Assembly: GCA_947426525.1 (NCBI GenBank) | Contig: CANEEJ010000001.1 | Span: 23,617 to 87,616 of the forward strand | Origin: an uncultured Clostridium sp. | GTDB lineage: Bacteria > Bacillota > Clostridia > TANB77 > CAG-508 | Length of the DNA stretch: 64,000 nt | Direction of reading: 5' to 3' | Shown here: positions 43,456 to 54,960 of the stretch, piece by piece | Position numbering within the stretch: the first letter of the stretch is position 1 | How the letters are laid out: each line of letters begins with the position of its first letter | Position numbers and translations under genes: made by a program | The notes under the pieces: model-generated | Told to the model about the DNA's origin: nothing | Seen by the model: only the letters and a program-made list of their open reading frames with translations | The model's database searches: none

Positions 43456-44001
43456 TTGTTTATGAAATTATTATTAACTAGACACGGACAAACTGACTGG
43501 AATGTAGCACTTAAAATTCAAGGAACAACAGATACGGAGTTAAATGACACAGGAATCAAACAAGCGGAAGAAACAAGAGAAAAACTTAAAAATGAAAAAA
43601 TAGATGTTATCATAGCATCTCCATTGAAAAGAGCAAGAAAAACAGCAGAAATTATTGCAGAGGGAAGAAATATTCCCCTTATTATCGATAAAGAAATTCA
43701 AGAAAGATGTTTCGGAAAGTTTGAAGGAAAAACACCAAAAGAATTTGATTCTGATGAAATATGGAACTATAAATTAAATAAACAATATGAGGATGCAGAA
43801 AGTACAGGTGAACTATTCGAGAGAATTCAAGGATTTTTAGAAAAAATCAAAGAAAAATATAAAGACAAAACAGTTTTAGTTGTTACACATGGAGGAGTAA
43901 CAATACCAATTCGAGCAACTTTGGAGGGAATTCCAGAAGGAATGGAAGTGCTAAGAGGATTAGGAATTGGTAACTGTGAAGTAAAAAAATACGAACTATA
44001 A
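43456..44001 (+). CDS. histidine phosphatase (phosphoglycerate mutase family) protein
   Basis: LLTRHGQTDWN (RHG motif). Confidence 0.75.
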   Translation: MFMKLLLTRHGQTDWNVALKIQGTTDTELNDTGIKQAEETREKLKNEKIDVIIASPLKRARKTAEIIAEGRNIPLIIDKEIQERCFGKFEGKTPKEFDSDEIWNYKLNKQYEDAESTGELFERIQGFLEKIKEKYKDKTVLVVTHGGVTIPIRATLEGIPEGMEVLRGLGIGNCEVKKYEL

Positions 44002-44013
44002 AAGGGGATAAGA

Positions 44014-44970
44014 ATGGAAGGGGAAAAACTAAAGAGAAGAAAAGTATTAGTAAGCAAAATGAATGCTAAAATACCAGAATTTTTAATTGAAATGTTAGAA
44101 AAACAATATGGGGAAGAAATGACTACAGCAATTTTACAAGGATATCAGGTCAAAAGAAGAACTACTTTTCGTGTAAACACATTAAAAGCAAAAATAGAAG
44201 AAATAATAGAAATTTTAGAACAAAACAATATAGAATATGAAACAGTAGAATGGAGCAAAGAAGCATTTATATTAAAAAAAGCTACTGAGAACGAAATAAG
44301 AAATTTAGAAATATACAAACAAGGAAAAATTTATTTACAAAGTTTATCTTCTATGTTACCACCCATTATTTTACAACCGAAAGAAGAAAAAGATATCCTA
44401 GATATGGCAGCAGCACCAGGAGGGAAAACAACACAAATAGCGTCAATAACCAACAACAGAGCAAATATTACAGCTTGCGAAATGAATAAAATTAGAGCGG
44501 AACGATTAAAATATAACCTAGAAAAACAAGCAGCCAAAGCGTATGTTATGGTGCAAGATGCCAGAAAAATTGACAATTTTTTCTCCTTCGACCAAATTTT
44601 ATTAGATGCACCATGTAGTGGAAGTGGAACGATTAATATACAAAACAATGACCAAGATAATAAAATAGCAAAAAATTTCACTATAAAATTAATACAGAAA
44701 TCAGTTGAGACCCAAACAGCACTATTAAAAAAAGCCATTAATCTATTAAAAGTAGGAGAAGAAATGGTATACTCAACATGTTCTATTTTAGCAGAAGAAA
44801 ATGAAGAAATTCTTCAAAAAATACGCAAGCAAATAGAGATTGTACCAATCAATTTAAGGGGAATGGAAAAGTTACCGCTTCTTCCAACAAAAATAAAAGG
44901 AACCTTATGTATTCTTCCAAATGAACAATATGAAGGATTTTTTGTAGCTAAAATCAAAAAAGTTTCATGA
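44014..44970 (+). CDS. NOL1/NOP2/Sun-family RNA (cytosine-C5) methyltransferase (RsmB/F-like)
   Basis: DMAAAPGGKT and DAPCSGSG motifs. Confidence 0.7.
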   Translation: MEGEKLKRRKVLVSKMNAKIPEFLIEMLEKQYGEEMTTAILQGYQVKRRTTFRVNTLKAKIEEIIEILEQNNIEYETVEWSKEAFILKKATENEIRNLEIYKQGKIYLQSLSSMLPPIILQPKEEKDILDMAAAPGGKTTQIASITNNRANITACEMNKIRAERLKYNLEKQAAKAYVMVQDARKIDNFFSFDQILLDAPCSGSGTINIQNNDQDNKIAKNFTIKLIQKSVETQTALLKKAINLLKVGEEMVYSTCSILAEENEEILQKIRKQIEIVPINLRGMEKLPLLPTKIKGTLCILPNEQYEGFFVAKIKKVS

Positions 44971-44999
44971 CTATTTTGAAATGAAAAGGAGAAAATGAG

Positions 45000-45308
45000 A
45001 TGTATTATACATATATGTTAAGGTGTAAGGATAACTCCATTTATACAGGAATTACTACGAATATAGGACATAGAATGACAGAGCATTTTACAAAAGTGAA
45101 TGGAGCCAAATATACGTATACACATACAGCACAAAAACTAGAGGCAGTATGGCAGACAGAAAATAGAGCTTTAGCTTCTAAGCTGGAATACCGAATTAAA
45201 CAATTGACCAAAGCTAAAAAGGAAGAATTAATTCGTAAAAATAATTTAGAAGAATTATTATATGAAAATATAGATTGTAGTCAATATATAAGAATTGAAA
45301 AAGAATAA
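45000..45308 (+). CDS. GIY-YIG nuclease family protein
   Basis: YTYMLRCKDNSIYTGIT...R..EH is a GIY-YIG motif. Confidence 0.65.
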   Translation: MYYTYMLRCKDNSIYTGITTNIGHRMTEHFTKVNGAKYTYTHTAQKLEAVWQTENRALASKLEYRIKQLTKAKKEELIRKNNLEELLYENIDCSQYIRIEKE

Positions 45309-45352
45309 ACATAGAAAAAGTAACTATTTTAAATATAGTTACTTTTTTGGGG

Positions 45353-45916
45353 CTAATTTAAAGGAATGGTATTGTAAATGCTTGCGATAGTACCAGTCTG
45401 TTCAGCAGTAGTAACAACAATTGGATAGTAGTTGTTCTTAGCCATCCATTCATAAACTTCATAAGAATGATTACAACTCATGGTATAAGCATCTTTTAAA
45501 AATTGTCTTAAATTAGGATTTGTAACTTCCATTGAAGCAATCGCATATTCTTTACCAGCTCTTTTCAATGTTAAAAGATAAGATAAAGCGATTTCTCTAT
45601 CTGTTAGTTTCATAACATCAGTATTTACAGTAACTGGCTCTGCAGTTTTAGTCGCATCTATATTTTCAGCAAAAATGGATGTATTTAATTGTGGTACATT
45701 CAATTTACCAGTTGCAATATCTACATCTTTTACAAATTCTACCTTTCGATTATAATCTTCTACATGGATAGGAAAATGGGTTTCTAATATAGATTTTAAC
45801 TCTTCATTTGTAACTTGATTTTTGAACAAAGACATACAAGTAATGGTATTTACACAACTTGTGATTAATTCATTTAAATAACTTAATTCGCATATTGTCA
45901 GTTTCAAAAAAATCAC
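45353..45916 (-). CDS. spore coat protein F-like (Coat_F domain)
   Basis: LTDREIALSYLL..K.....Y..A..E..NP.LR, then H.Y, typical of the Coat F domain; the start may be internal. Confidence 0.5.
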   Translation of the reverse strand: MIFLKLTICELSYLNELITSCVNTITCMSLFKNQVTNEELKSILETHFPIHVEDYNRKVEFVKDVDIATGKLNVPQLNTSIFAENIDATKTAEPVTVNTDVMKLTDREIALSYLLTLKRAGKEYAIASMEVTNPNLRQFLKDAYTMSCNHSYEVYEWMAKNNYYPIVVTTAEQTGTIASIYNTIPLN

Positions 45917-46019
45917 CTCCTAATATATAAAAAATAGTATAACCAGAAATTGATAAAATATGAATAAAACAGTTTCAAATAACAAGTAAGTTTGTTATAA
46001 TAAAAAAGGAGGAGAAAAA

Positions 46020-46679
46020 ATGAAGAAGTATTTGATTTTAGATTTTGGAAAAGTGTTATTCTATCCTACTACTGGACACTGGTTTATTACACCATTATTG
46101 TTAGAAAAAGTAAATAGGAAAAAAATAAATCAGGAACAATTGCAGCAAGCAATGGAAAAATACAATCCTATTCTTTCGAGAAAGATTACAACAGAGGAAG
46201 AAGAATATAAAATGTTTTATGAATTTTACGAAAATATTTTCAATGAAATTGAGTATCCTATTGGAGAAAGTAATATTCATGAAATAGCCTATGATATAAC
46301 TTATCATGATGAAAAATATAGAATGTATGATAAGGTAAAAGAAGAGTTAGAGATACTTAGCAAAAAATATACATTACTATTATTATCAGACAATTGGCCT
46401 TGTGCAATTCGAATTCTAAAAAATGCAAAACTTTATGATTATTTTGAAAAAATTTACATATCATCTGTATATGGCGTACAAAAGAAAGAAAAAGTATTTT
46501 TTGACTATCCAATTCAAGATTATAAAATCAAAGAATCAGAAGCTATTTTTGTAGATGATAATCAAGAATTATTAGATATTGCTGTCCAAAAAGGATTAGA
46601 GGTAAGACTTATGAACAGAGAAAAAGAAGAAGTAGATTCTAAATATAAAATGATAAATAACCTGTTTGAAATAGAGTAA
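46020..46679 (+). CDS. HAD-family hydrolase
   Basis: N-terminal DFGKVL and C-terminal FVDDN motifs. Confidence 0.55.
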   Translation: MKKYLILDFGKVLFYPTTGHWFITPLLLEKVNRKKINQEQLQQAMEKYNPILSRKITTEEEEYKMFYEFYENIFNEIEYPIGESNIHEIAYDITYHDEKYRMYDKVKEELEILSKKYTLLLLSDNWPCAIRILKNAKLYDYFEKIYISSVYGVQKKEKVFFDYPIQDYKIKESEAIFVDDNQELLDIAVQKGLEVRLMNREKEEVDSKYKMINNLFEIE

Positions 46680-46691
46680 TAGGAGGTACAA

Positions 46692-47654
46692 ATGAAAATA
46701 AGTGGAATTGATAAAGATTTTAAAACTATTATTGATGAATTAGATAACAAAGGCTTTAAGCCATTTGCATCTTGTGATGGTGTATTAGCGAATCATAAAA
46801 ATTCCAATGAGGTCAATGAAGCCTACATTGCTTTTTTAAGAAGTCCGAAAATTATTGATTTAATGTCAGCTTTTCTAGCAGAGAAAGAAAAATTTACTGT
46901 AATATTAGGAACGCAAAAATATGTAGATACCCATGAGCTTTATGGTAATCTAATACAAGGTAATACCTATCAGGCTTCTTTTCAAAATAAAATGGGAGAA
47001 AATACTTCTTATTTTGAAGAGATTATTAGAAATATAATAAGTGAAAAAGTGACTGCTCCAAAAGAAGAAAAAAGAAAACTAGAAAAAGTGAACAAGGTTT
47101 TAGAAGAAAATTCTGCTTCGGAATTATCCTATACAATTGTTCTTAATGATAAGTATTTTCCCTATAAGGAAAAAAGTGAAGGTATGAATCAATTGATAAT
47201 TATGACGAAAACAGGTGAAGAGAAAATAGAAGGTAAAGTAAGCATAAAAACAGAAAGGGATATGCAAGTATTGGCAAACTTGTTATCGCAAAAAGATAAA
47301 GCAAATCAGTTCATAATAGATGGCGAGGACAGAGGAACTTGTAGGATTTATTTTAAAGAGGAAGATTTTCCTTTAGTATTACAGCAGATACCTTACATTA
47401 GTCAAATAGCACCAACTTTGCCTACGTTTGAAGGTAGAGAATGGATAGGAACAGATGAAGAACTAGATGAAATGTATAACGACTATTACGACGAAATGTG
47501 GGATTTTGAAGAGGAAGAAGTACAAGAAATGACGCCTTTAGAACAAAGAGAAGAAAAACTTTCTGATTTAGAAAGAGAGCTAGCAAGAATTATAGAAGAA
47601 GAACGAGAAATATTAAATTCAAAAGATGGTGAAGATATTGAGAAAGAAAAATAG
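46692..47654 (+). CDS. hypothetical protein (320 aa) with an acidic C-terminus
   Basis: Long ORF with an RBS; no recognisable domain. Confidence 0.4.
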   Translation: MKISGIDKDFKTIIDELDNKGFKPFASCDGVLANHKNSNEVNEAYIAFLRSPKIIDLMSAFLAEKEKFTVILGTQKYVDTHELYGNLIQGNTYQASFQNKMGENTSYFEEIIRNIISEKVTAPKEEKRKLEKVNKVLEENSASELSYTIVLNDKYFPYKEKSEGMNQLIIMTKTGEEKIEGKVSIKTERDMQVLANLLSQKDKANQFIIDGEDRGTCRIYFKEEDFPLVLQQIPYISQIAPTLPTFEGREWIGTDEELDEMYNDYYDEMWDFEEEEVQEMTPLEQREEKLSDLERELARIIEEEREILNSKDGEDIEKEK

Positions 47655-47928
47655 AGATGAGAAATCATTAATAAAAGTAAATGTAACATCTAATAGAGTT
47701 ACGCAAAAGGAACATTTTAAACAAACTATTAAAAATATCGAAGATGAAAATACAAAATTGTTAAAGCTTCAAAGACAATATCGTAATGGAGAGGTAAAAG
47801 AAGAGGAGTTAACACAAGTTCAGATAAAATCATTATGCGATTTATATGACAAACAAATTGAGGCTTTACAAAAGTCAGTTCAATTAGCAAAAAATAGGAT
47901 TTTAGAACATAGAAAAAATAATCAATAA
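47626..47928 (+). CDS. hypothetical coiled-coil protein (100 aa)
   Basis: ORF only; weakly supported. Confidence 0.25.
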   Translation: MVKILRKKNRDEKSLIKVNVTSNRVTQKEHFKQTIKNIEDENTKLLKLQRQYRNGEVKEEELTQVQIKSLCDLYDKQIEALQKSVQLAKNRILEHRKNNQ

Positions 47929-47962
47929 AATTAGAAGTTTTTTCGGTCAAAAGGGAGGAAAA

Positions 47963-49919
47963 ATGTTTAAATTACACTCAGAATATAAGCCAACAGGCGA
48001 CCAACCACAAGCGATAGAATATTTAAGTAAAGGAATACAAGAAGGAAAGAAATTTCAGACGTTACTTGGAGTTACAGGTTCTGGAAAAACTTTTACTATG
48101 GCAAATATCATAGAAAAAGTGCAAAAGCCAACACTTGTTTTAGCACATAATAAAACACTAGCAGGACAACTTTATAGTGAATTCAAAGAGTTTTTTCCAG
48201 AAAATAACGTAGAATACTTTGTATCCTATTACGATTATTACCAACCAGAAAGTTATATTCCATCAACAGATACTTTTATCGAGAAGGATTCGTCTATTAA
48301 TGATGAGATAGACAAACTACGACATTCTGCAACCTTATCTTTATTTGAAACGAAAGATGTTATCATAGTAGCTTCTGTGTCTTGCATTTATGGTTTAGGA
48401 GATCCAGTCGATTATCAAGAAATGATGTTATCATTAAGAGTAGGAATGAACAAATCCAGAGATCAAGTTTTGAAAAAACTGGTAACCATGCAATATACAA
48501 GAAATGAAATTGATTTTAAAAGAGGAACGTTTCGAGCAAAAGGAGATATTGTAGAAATCTATCCATCAGACCAATCAGAAGCAGCAGTTCGAGTAGAATT
48601 TTGGGGAGATGAAATCGAAAAAATAATAGAAATCAATCCTTTAACTGGAAAATCGATTGGTAATCGAAAACATATTTTGATATCACCAGCATCTCACTAT
48701 GTAACTACTAAAGATAAAATGGAAAGAGCTATTGGAACAATTGAAAAAGAGATGGAAGAAAGAGTAAAATACTTCAAATCGCAAAATAAATTGATTGAAG
48801 CACAAAGAATTGAAGAAAGAACTAACTTCGATATGGAAATGATGCGAGAAACGGGATTTTGTTCTGGTATTGAAAACTATTCTAGACATATTAGTGGAAG
48901 AGAAGAGGGAAGTCCACCTTATACGTTATTTGACTATTTCCCAGATGATTTTCTGTTATTGGTAGATGAGTCTCATGCAACCATCCCACAGGTAAGGGCA
49001 ATGTATAATGGAGATAGAGCAAGGAAAGAATCACTTGTTAATTATGGATTCCGTTTACCATCAGCCTTTGATAATAGACCGTTAAAATTTGAAGAATTTG
49101 AACAACGTTTAAATCAAGTAGTATTTGTTAGTGCTACACCAGCTGACTACGAAAAAGAACATAGCAAAGACAATGTAATAGAACAAATCATAAGACCAAC
49201 TGGATTATTAGATCCAAAAATACAAGTAAAACCAGTTACTAACCAAATTGATGATTTGATTGAACAAATACGAATTCGAGTTGAAAGAAAAGAAAGAGTT
49301 TTAGTAACAACATTAACGAAAAAAATGGCAGAAGACTTGACAGAATATTTAAAAAGTCTGGAGATAAAAGTAAATTATATGCATTCTGATACAAAAGCTT
49401 TAGAAAGAATGGAAATTATTCGTAATTTAAGACTACGGAGAATTTGATGTGTTAGTAGGAATTAATCTATTAAGAGAAGGATTAGATATACCGGAGGTAT
49501 CGTTAGTGGCGATACTAGATGCTGATAAAGAAGGCTTTTTACGTTCAGAAAGATCATTAATCCAAACCATAGGACGTGCTGCTAGAAATACAGATGGAAC
49601 TGTTATTATGTATGCAGATGAATTAACAGATAGTATGGAAAAAGCAATTTCAGAAACCAATAGAAGAAGAAAAATTCAAGAAGAATATAATCAAAAACAT
49701 GGAATTACGCCAAAGACAATTCAAAAATCAGTGCGTGATAATATTACGATGACAACGGTAGAAGATATTAGTGTAGAATATAAATTAGAGAAAAATGAAA
49801 ATATTCAAGATGTTATCACACAACTAACAGACCAAATGTTACAACATGCAGCTAATATGGAATTTGAAAAAGCAGCCGAATTACGTGATAAAATTAAAGA
49901 ATTAGAGAAATTATTGTAA
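47963..49919 (+). CDS. uvrB: excinuclease ABC subunit B. The frame breaks at an in-frame CGG near 49436-49438.
   Basis: ORFs 47963..49447 and 49449..49919. Removing the C gives ...[41 protein letters not shown], canonical UvrB. Terminator at 49919-49950. Confidence 0.9.
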
Positions 49920-50355
49920 AAGCCCTATTCTATAAGAATAGAGCTTTTTCATATACTGTATTTGAAGTTAGTTAACTAGTTAATAAAAAGAGTTTTCAAT
50001 TGGTCACAGTTTACTTGATAAAATTCGTCTTTTTTATAAAAGGTAATATGATGTTTTTCTAAAAAGCAAATTTCTTCTGGATTTAATCATAACGAAATAA
50101 ATGTTGTTTTAGCACATATTACTTTGCTATAGAAATATTTAGAAATCATAGAAATCTCCCCCTTATGTGAATGCACTTAAATACAGTAAATGAATTTCTT
50201 ATAAACAAAGCTTAAAAAATATTATAACGAATAAAAAATGCAAAGTTTGTCGAAACTGGAAAGAAAAAATAAAAAAATTAATTTGCCATTTTCTAGAAAA
50301 ATGTGTTATAATAGATAGCTGAAATATTCAATAAAAAAAGAAAGGAGAAAAAAGA

Positions 50356-51048
50356 ATGAGTATGATATATGAAGTAGCAAATTCTTTTTGGTTCCAAGCA
50401 ATTGTTAAATTAGTTTTGGGATTTATGCTAGCAGGCATTATAGGATTAGAACGTTCTTCTTGGAGTAAGCCAGCAGGATTTAGAACACATGCACTAGTAG
50501 GAATAAGTGCTGTACTAATCATGTTATGTGGTGAATATATGTCAAAATTATATGACATGGATCCTTCTAGAATACCAGCACAATTGTTATCTGGAATTGG
50601 ATTTATTGGTGCAGGAACTATTTTAAGGGATGGATTTAATGTAAAAGGCTTGACGACAGCAGCGGGGTTATTAGCTGTTACATGTATTGGCTTAAGTATA
50701 GGAGCAGGATTTTATTTAGGAGGAATTGTAACAACTTTAATTGTATATGTTATTTTATCTTATTCCTATAAAATTTCAGATAAATTAGACCATTTTGATA
50801 TATTAGAATTAGACATAAAAATCAGTAATAATGTAAAGGAAGCATTAACACAGATAGAAGAATATTTAAGTGACTATCAGGTTGATATCAAACAAATAAA
50901 AAGACCAAAAAAAGAAGAAAAAGAAAGTGAATTAGAAATCGTTCATATCGTAGGGCATTACAATAAAAAGGGATTTAAAAAGAATGAACTATTAAGAAAT
51001 ATCACTTCAATTGAAAACATTGAAGAAGTATTACAAGAAGAAAATTAA
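50356..51048 (+). CDS. mgtC: MgtC/SapB family membrane protein
   Basis: MgtC N-terminal TM domain; extended -10 promoter ttgcca-N17-tgttataat upstream. Confidence 0.75.
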   Translation: MSMIYEVANSFWFQAIVKLVLGFMLAGIIGLERSSWSKPAGFRTHALVGISAVLIMLCGEYMSKLYDMDPSRIPAQLLSGIGFIGAGTILRDGFNVKGLTTAAGLLAVTCIGLSIGAGFYLGGIVTTLIVYVILSYSYKISDKLDHFDILELDIKISNNVKEALTQIEEYLSDYQVDIKQIKRPKKEEKESELEIVHIVGHYNKKGFKKNELLRNITSIENIEEVLQEEN

Positions 51049-51148
51049 TGATTTTGGGGACGGAGGAAAAAATCATGACAATGTTTTCTGAAAACCATTT
51101 TAGATTTATAAGGTGACAAAACTAAAAAACATACATATCATATAAAAG

Positions 51149-51677
51149 GTGATGTGTATGTTTTTTTTGAAGGAATTAAAAGAAGATGCTAACAATATAA
51201 AAGAAAAAGACCCTGCTTGTAGAAATATATTAGAAGCAATTGTTTTATATCCAGGGTTTCATATTCTTGTTTTTCATAGAATAGCACATTTCTTATATCG
51301 CCATAAATGGTTATTCTTAGCCAGATTAATTTCACAAATTGGAAGATTTTTTACGGGAATTGAAATTCATCCAGGAGCTAAAATTCGGGAGACGATTGTT
51401 TATTGACCATGGGATGGGAATTGTTATAGGAGAAACTGCAACAGTAGGAAATGACTGTACAATTTATCACAATTCAACATTAGGCGGGACAGGAAAAGAT
51501 AAATATAAAAGACATCCTGATATTGGAAATAATGTTATGGTAGGAGCGGGAGCAAAGGTGCTTGGACCTATTAAAGTGGGAAATAACGTGAAGATTGGGG
51601 CAAATACAACAGTATTAAAAAATATACCAAACAATGTTACAGTAGTTAGATGCAATCAAATTGTAAATAAGAAATGA
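51149..51677 (+). CDS. cysE: serine O-acetyltransferase. The frame breaks at an in-frame CGG near 51386-51388.
   Basis: ORFs 51149..51406 and 51339..51677. Removing the C gives ...[22 protein letters not shown] with hexapeptide repeats. Confidence 0.8.
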
Positions 51678-51785
51678 GACGGTGGGGACAGGTCTTAACT
51701 GTCTCATTTTTTGTTTTCTAATAAAATAAATTTTGCTAAAATATAAAAATGAGACAGTTAAGACCTGTCCCCACCGTCTCATAAA
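51671..51785. repeat. A-family MITE-like element: a 34-bp hairpin (atgagacggtggggacaggtcttaactgtctcat) and its exact reverse complement around a 39-bp spacer
   Basis: 51673-51708 versus 51748-51783 are perfect reverse complements. The stop codons of the convergent cysE and OPRT-like genes lie in the arms. Confidence 0.85.
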
Positions 51786-52645
51786 TTATATAAGTTTCCT
51801 TCTGTTAGAAGTTTAACTCTTTTTAATGTTCTTTCATTATCAGATTTTAAAGCATCTTCAATAAATTCTGGATGATTGATTAAGAAGTTTCTCATAGTTT
51901 CATATGGGGCATGATAAAATCCTTTTAACATTTCTAATTGACCATTGTTGATAATTCCTAATTCAAAAGCTTCTTCGAAAAGAGTATTATCTACTAAAGC
52001 TAAAGGAATGGTTTTAATTCCTTCTTTTTCTAATACTTCTGTTCCACCTTGTTTTCTATCAACAACATAGCAAGTCCATAATAATTTTCCATTTAAGTTT
52101 TTAACAGCTGGAATCCATGAACGGACATAATTAGAAGCGGCTGTTACTAAATCAGAAGCATTTAATACTGTTTTTCCTTCAATGTCTGTTATTTTTTCAG
52201 TAGAAGAAAAGTCGTATGGGCTTACAAAGGCTTCCATATCTTTGAATAAAGTAAGATGTGGTTTCTTTAAAAGATAAGCAATCATATTAGAAAAATACCA
52301 ATCTCTTCTTTCACCACCAGAAATGTAATCGATTTCATCTACATTAACGTTTTCTGCTATAGCTTTTATCATAGTGTCAATTGTGTATTTGAAAATAGGG
52401 TTGTTTTCGTATTGAGCGAATACCTTTTCAAATACTTTTTTTGGTAAATTAACTCTGTCTTCTAATAGAGTATCAATATATGCTAGGAATTCTGTTGCCT
52501 CTTTTTCATTTCCATAAAGAAAATGGGTGTTTACAAAGTATGGTGAAATGGTTCCTGATGTTAAAAAGAATGGTTTGTTTTCTTCACAAAATTTTACAGC
52601 TTTTGTTTCGAATAAATATGACATGATATCTGGCATAATAGTTCC
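51779..52645 (-). CDS. phosphoribosyltransferase-family protein, OPRT-like (pyrE candidate)
   Basis: FFLTSGTISPYFVN and YISGGERRDW resemble the PRPP-binding motifs of orotate PRTase. The upstream 80 aa of ORF 51779..52885 is read-through, so the start is set at MPDIM. Confidence 0.5.
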   Translation of the reverse strand, partial: GTIMPDIMSYLFETKAVKFCEENKPFFLTSGTISPYFVNTHFLYGNEKEATEFLAYIDTLLEDRVNLPKKVFEKVFAQYENNPIFKYTIDTMIKAIAENVNVDEIDYISGGERRDWYFSNMIAYLLKKPHLTLFKDMEAFVSPYDFSSTEKITDIEGKTVLNASDLVTAASNYVRSWIPAVKNLNGKLLWTCYVVDRKQGGTEVLEKEGIKTIPLALVDNTLFEEAFELGIINNGQLEMLKGFYHAPYETMRNFLINHPEFIEDALKSDNERTLKRVKLLTEGNLYNL

Positions 52646-52827
52646 TCCTAAAAATATAATTCTAAAGATTATTGTAAAGAAAAAAACGGAATTTGTCAAG
52701 AAAAGGCTAAAATGATTGAAAATTTCACTAAAATGTGTTAAAATAATAGTATAGAACAAATGTAATACTCTCTTGGAAGTTTTACAGGAGGGAGTAGCTA
52801 CTATTTCATAAAAAGGAGGATTATACA

Positions 52828-53109
52828 ATGTTAAGAATTGACGAATTGAAATTAGTAGAGAAGTTTCGAAAGACGAAGACACCAACAGATGTTAAGGCGG
52901 TCCTAAAAATGATACGGCAGTTGATAGACTCCAAGAACCTCACATATGAGGAAATATTGGAGAGATGTCTTCATACAGAGGACATAACAAGTAGGTTTTG
53001 CGACCCCATATATCCAGTGTTTAAGAATGACTTAGCGGCGCTGTTGGATGGAAAGTCAGAAGACGATTGCATAATTATCTTAACAGAGATAAGAATTATG
53101 CTTTCGTAG
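52828..53109 (+). CDS. hypothetical protein (93 aa), locally GC-richer
   Basis: RBS aaaggagg. It contains an in-frame CGG read as Arg (KMIRQL); a terminator follows at about 53112-53160. Confidence 0.35.
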   Translation: MLRIDELKLVEKFRKTKTPTDVKAVLKMIRQLIDSKNLTYEEILERCLHTEDITSRFCDPIYPVFKNDLAALLDGKSEDDCIIILTEIRIMLS

Positions 53110-53310
53110 GAAAAAGGAAGTAGGTGTTTTATCAAACGATAAGCACCTGCTTTCCTTTTATATGAGCTGAACTTTATATATAAAAGGTTAGCAAATATTA
53201 ATCAGCCCACTATTGTTCTTTTATGACAAACCAGTCTTTTTTCTATAAAATTATTGCAAAGATTTTCTAAAAATGGTAAAATAATATAAATGGAATTTTG
53301 GGAGGTAAAA

Positions 53311-54585
53311 ATGAAAACATTATTAAAAAATGGAACATTAATTGACTACAAAACAAACACATTTGAGAAAAAAGACATTTTAATAGAAGACGACAAAATT
53401 AAAAAAATCAACAATGAAATTACAGAAACAGCAGACAATACAATTGACTGTACAAACTTATATATAATGCCTGGAATGATTGATATGCACTGCCATTTAA
53501 GAGAACCTGGATTTGAGCATAAAGAAACAATCGAAACAGGTAGCAAAAGCGCCGTTTGTGGTGGTTTTACTACAATTTGTCCAATGCCAAATACAAAACC
53601 AACACCAGATAGCGCTATTGTTTTGCAAAAAATCATAGAAGAAGCCAAAAGAGTAAACTTATGTAATGTATTACCTTATGCATCTGTATCAAAAGGAGAA
53701 AAAGGGGAAGAACTAGTAGATTTCGAAGAATTAAAAAAAGCTGGAGCCATAGCCTTTTCTGATGATGGAATGCCAGTTGTAAATAGTAGAATGATGAGAG
53801 AAGCTATTTTAGAAGCAGATAAGTTAGGAACATTTGTAGCATCACACTGTGAAGAAAAATCAGTAGCAGCAGGAGCAATCAACGCAGGGAAAGTAGCAGA
53901 ACAATTAGGGGTAGAAGGGGTATTGCCAGAAGCAGAAGAAATTATGGCAGCAAGAGAAATTGTCATAGCAGAAACGAATGAGGCAAGAGCACATATCTGT
54001 CATATCAGTACAAAAACAACCAAGAATATGGTAAGAGATGCCAAAAAAAGAGGCGTAAAAATTACTTGTGAAACCTGTCCACATTATTTTACCTTTACCG
54101 TAGATGAAGTACTAAACTCAGGTGTAAATGCTAAAATGAATCCACCATTAAGAGAGGAAAAAGATAGACAAGCTATCATAGAAGGATTAAAAGAAGGAAC
54201 TATTGATGCAATCATTACAGACCATGCACCACATACTGAAGACGAAAAAAATAAAGGATTAGGAACTGCACCAAATGGAATTATTGGATTTGAAACAGCC
54301 CTATCAGCAGAAATCATGAACTTAATTGACACGCAAGAATTAACATATTTGGACTTAGTAAAAGTAACATCTTATAACCCAGCTCAATTATTACATATCG
54401 ATAGAGGAATCATAGAAGAAGGAAAAGTAGCTGATATTACTATTTTTGACCCAAATGAAACTTATATCTATACAAAAGAAATGATAGTATCAAAAGCAAA
54501 AAATACACCTTTTATTGGAAGAAAATTAAAAGGAAGAGTGCAATATACAATTGTTGGAGGAAAAGTCGTATACGAACGTTCTTAA
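53311..54585 (+). CDS. pyrC: dihydroorotase
   Basis: Metal-binding motif DMHCHLREPG, then DHAPH. Confidence 0.9.
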   Translation: MKTLLKNGTLIDYKTNTFEKKDILIEDDKIKKINNEITETADNTIDCTNLYIMPGMIDMHCHLREPGFEHKETIETGSKSAVCGGFTTICPMPNTKPTPDSAIVLQKIIEEAKRVNLCNVLPYASVSKGEKGEELVDFEELKKAGAIAFSDDGMPVVNSRMMREAILEADKLGTFVASHCEEKSVAAGAINAGKVAEQLGVEGVLPEAEEIMAAREIVIAETNEARAHICHISTKTTKNMVRDAKKRGVKITCETCPHYFTFTVDEVLNSGVNAKMNPPLREEKDRQAIIEGLKEGTIDAIITDHAPHTEDEKNKGLGTAPNGIIGFETALSAEIMNLIDTQELTYLDLVKVTSYNPAQLLHIDRGIIEEGKVADITIFDPNETYIYTKEMIVSKAKNTPFIGRKLKGRVQYTIVGGKVVYERS

Positions 54586-54606
54586 AATCATGAAGGAGGA
54601 AACAAA

Positions 54607-54960
54607 ATGGGAAATTTATTAATTTGGTATCCTAAATGTTCTACTTGTCAAAAAGCGAAAAAGTGGTTAGAGGAAAATCAAGTAACATTTGAGGAACAAC
54701 ATATTGTGGAAGAAACACCATCAAAAGAAGAATTAAAAAAATGGATTAATCAAAGTGGATTAGATATTAAAAAGTTTTTTAACACAAGTGGATTAAAATA
54801 CAAAGAACTAAATTTAAAAGAAAAATTATCCAATATGACAGAAGAAGAAAAAATAGAATTATTAGCATCCAATGGAATGTTAATAAAAAGACCATTATTC
54901 GTAAATGAAAAAGTAGTTTTAGTAGGATTTAAGGAAAAAGAATGGAGAGAGAAAATATGA
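54607..54960 (+). CDS. ArsC/Spx-family protein (arsenate reductase-like)
   Basis: Thioredoxin-like fold with N-terminal CSTC. Confidence 0.65.
   Translation: MGNLLIWYPKCSTCQKAKKWLEENQVTFEEQHIVEETPSKEELKKWINQSGLDIKKFFNTSGLKYKELNLKEKLSNMTEEEKIELLASNGMLIKRPLFVNEKVVLVGFKEKEWREKI

Noticed and set aside
52646-52885. A long N-terminal extension of the OPRT-like gene (368-aa ORF)
   Set aside because: The first 80 aa are low-complexity hydrophobic read-through with no homology. The conserved PRTase core starts at MPDIM, which has an upstream AT-rich promoter region.
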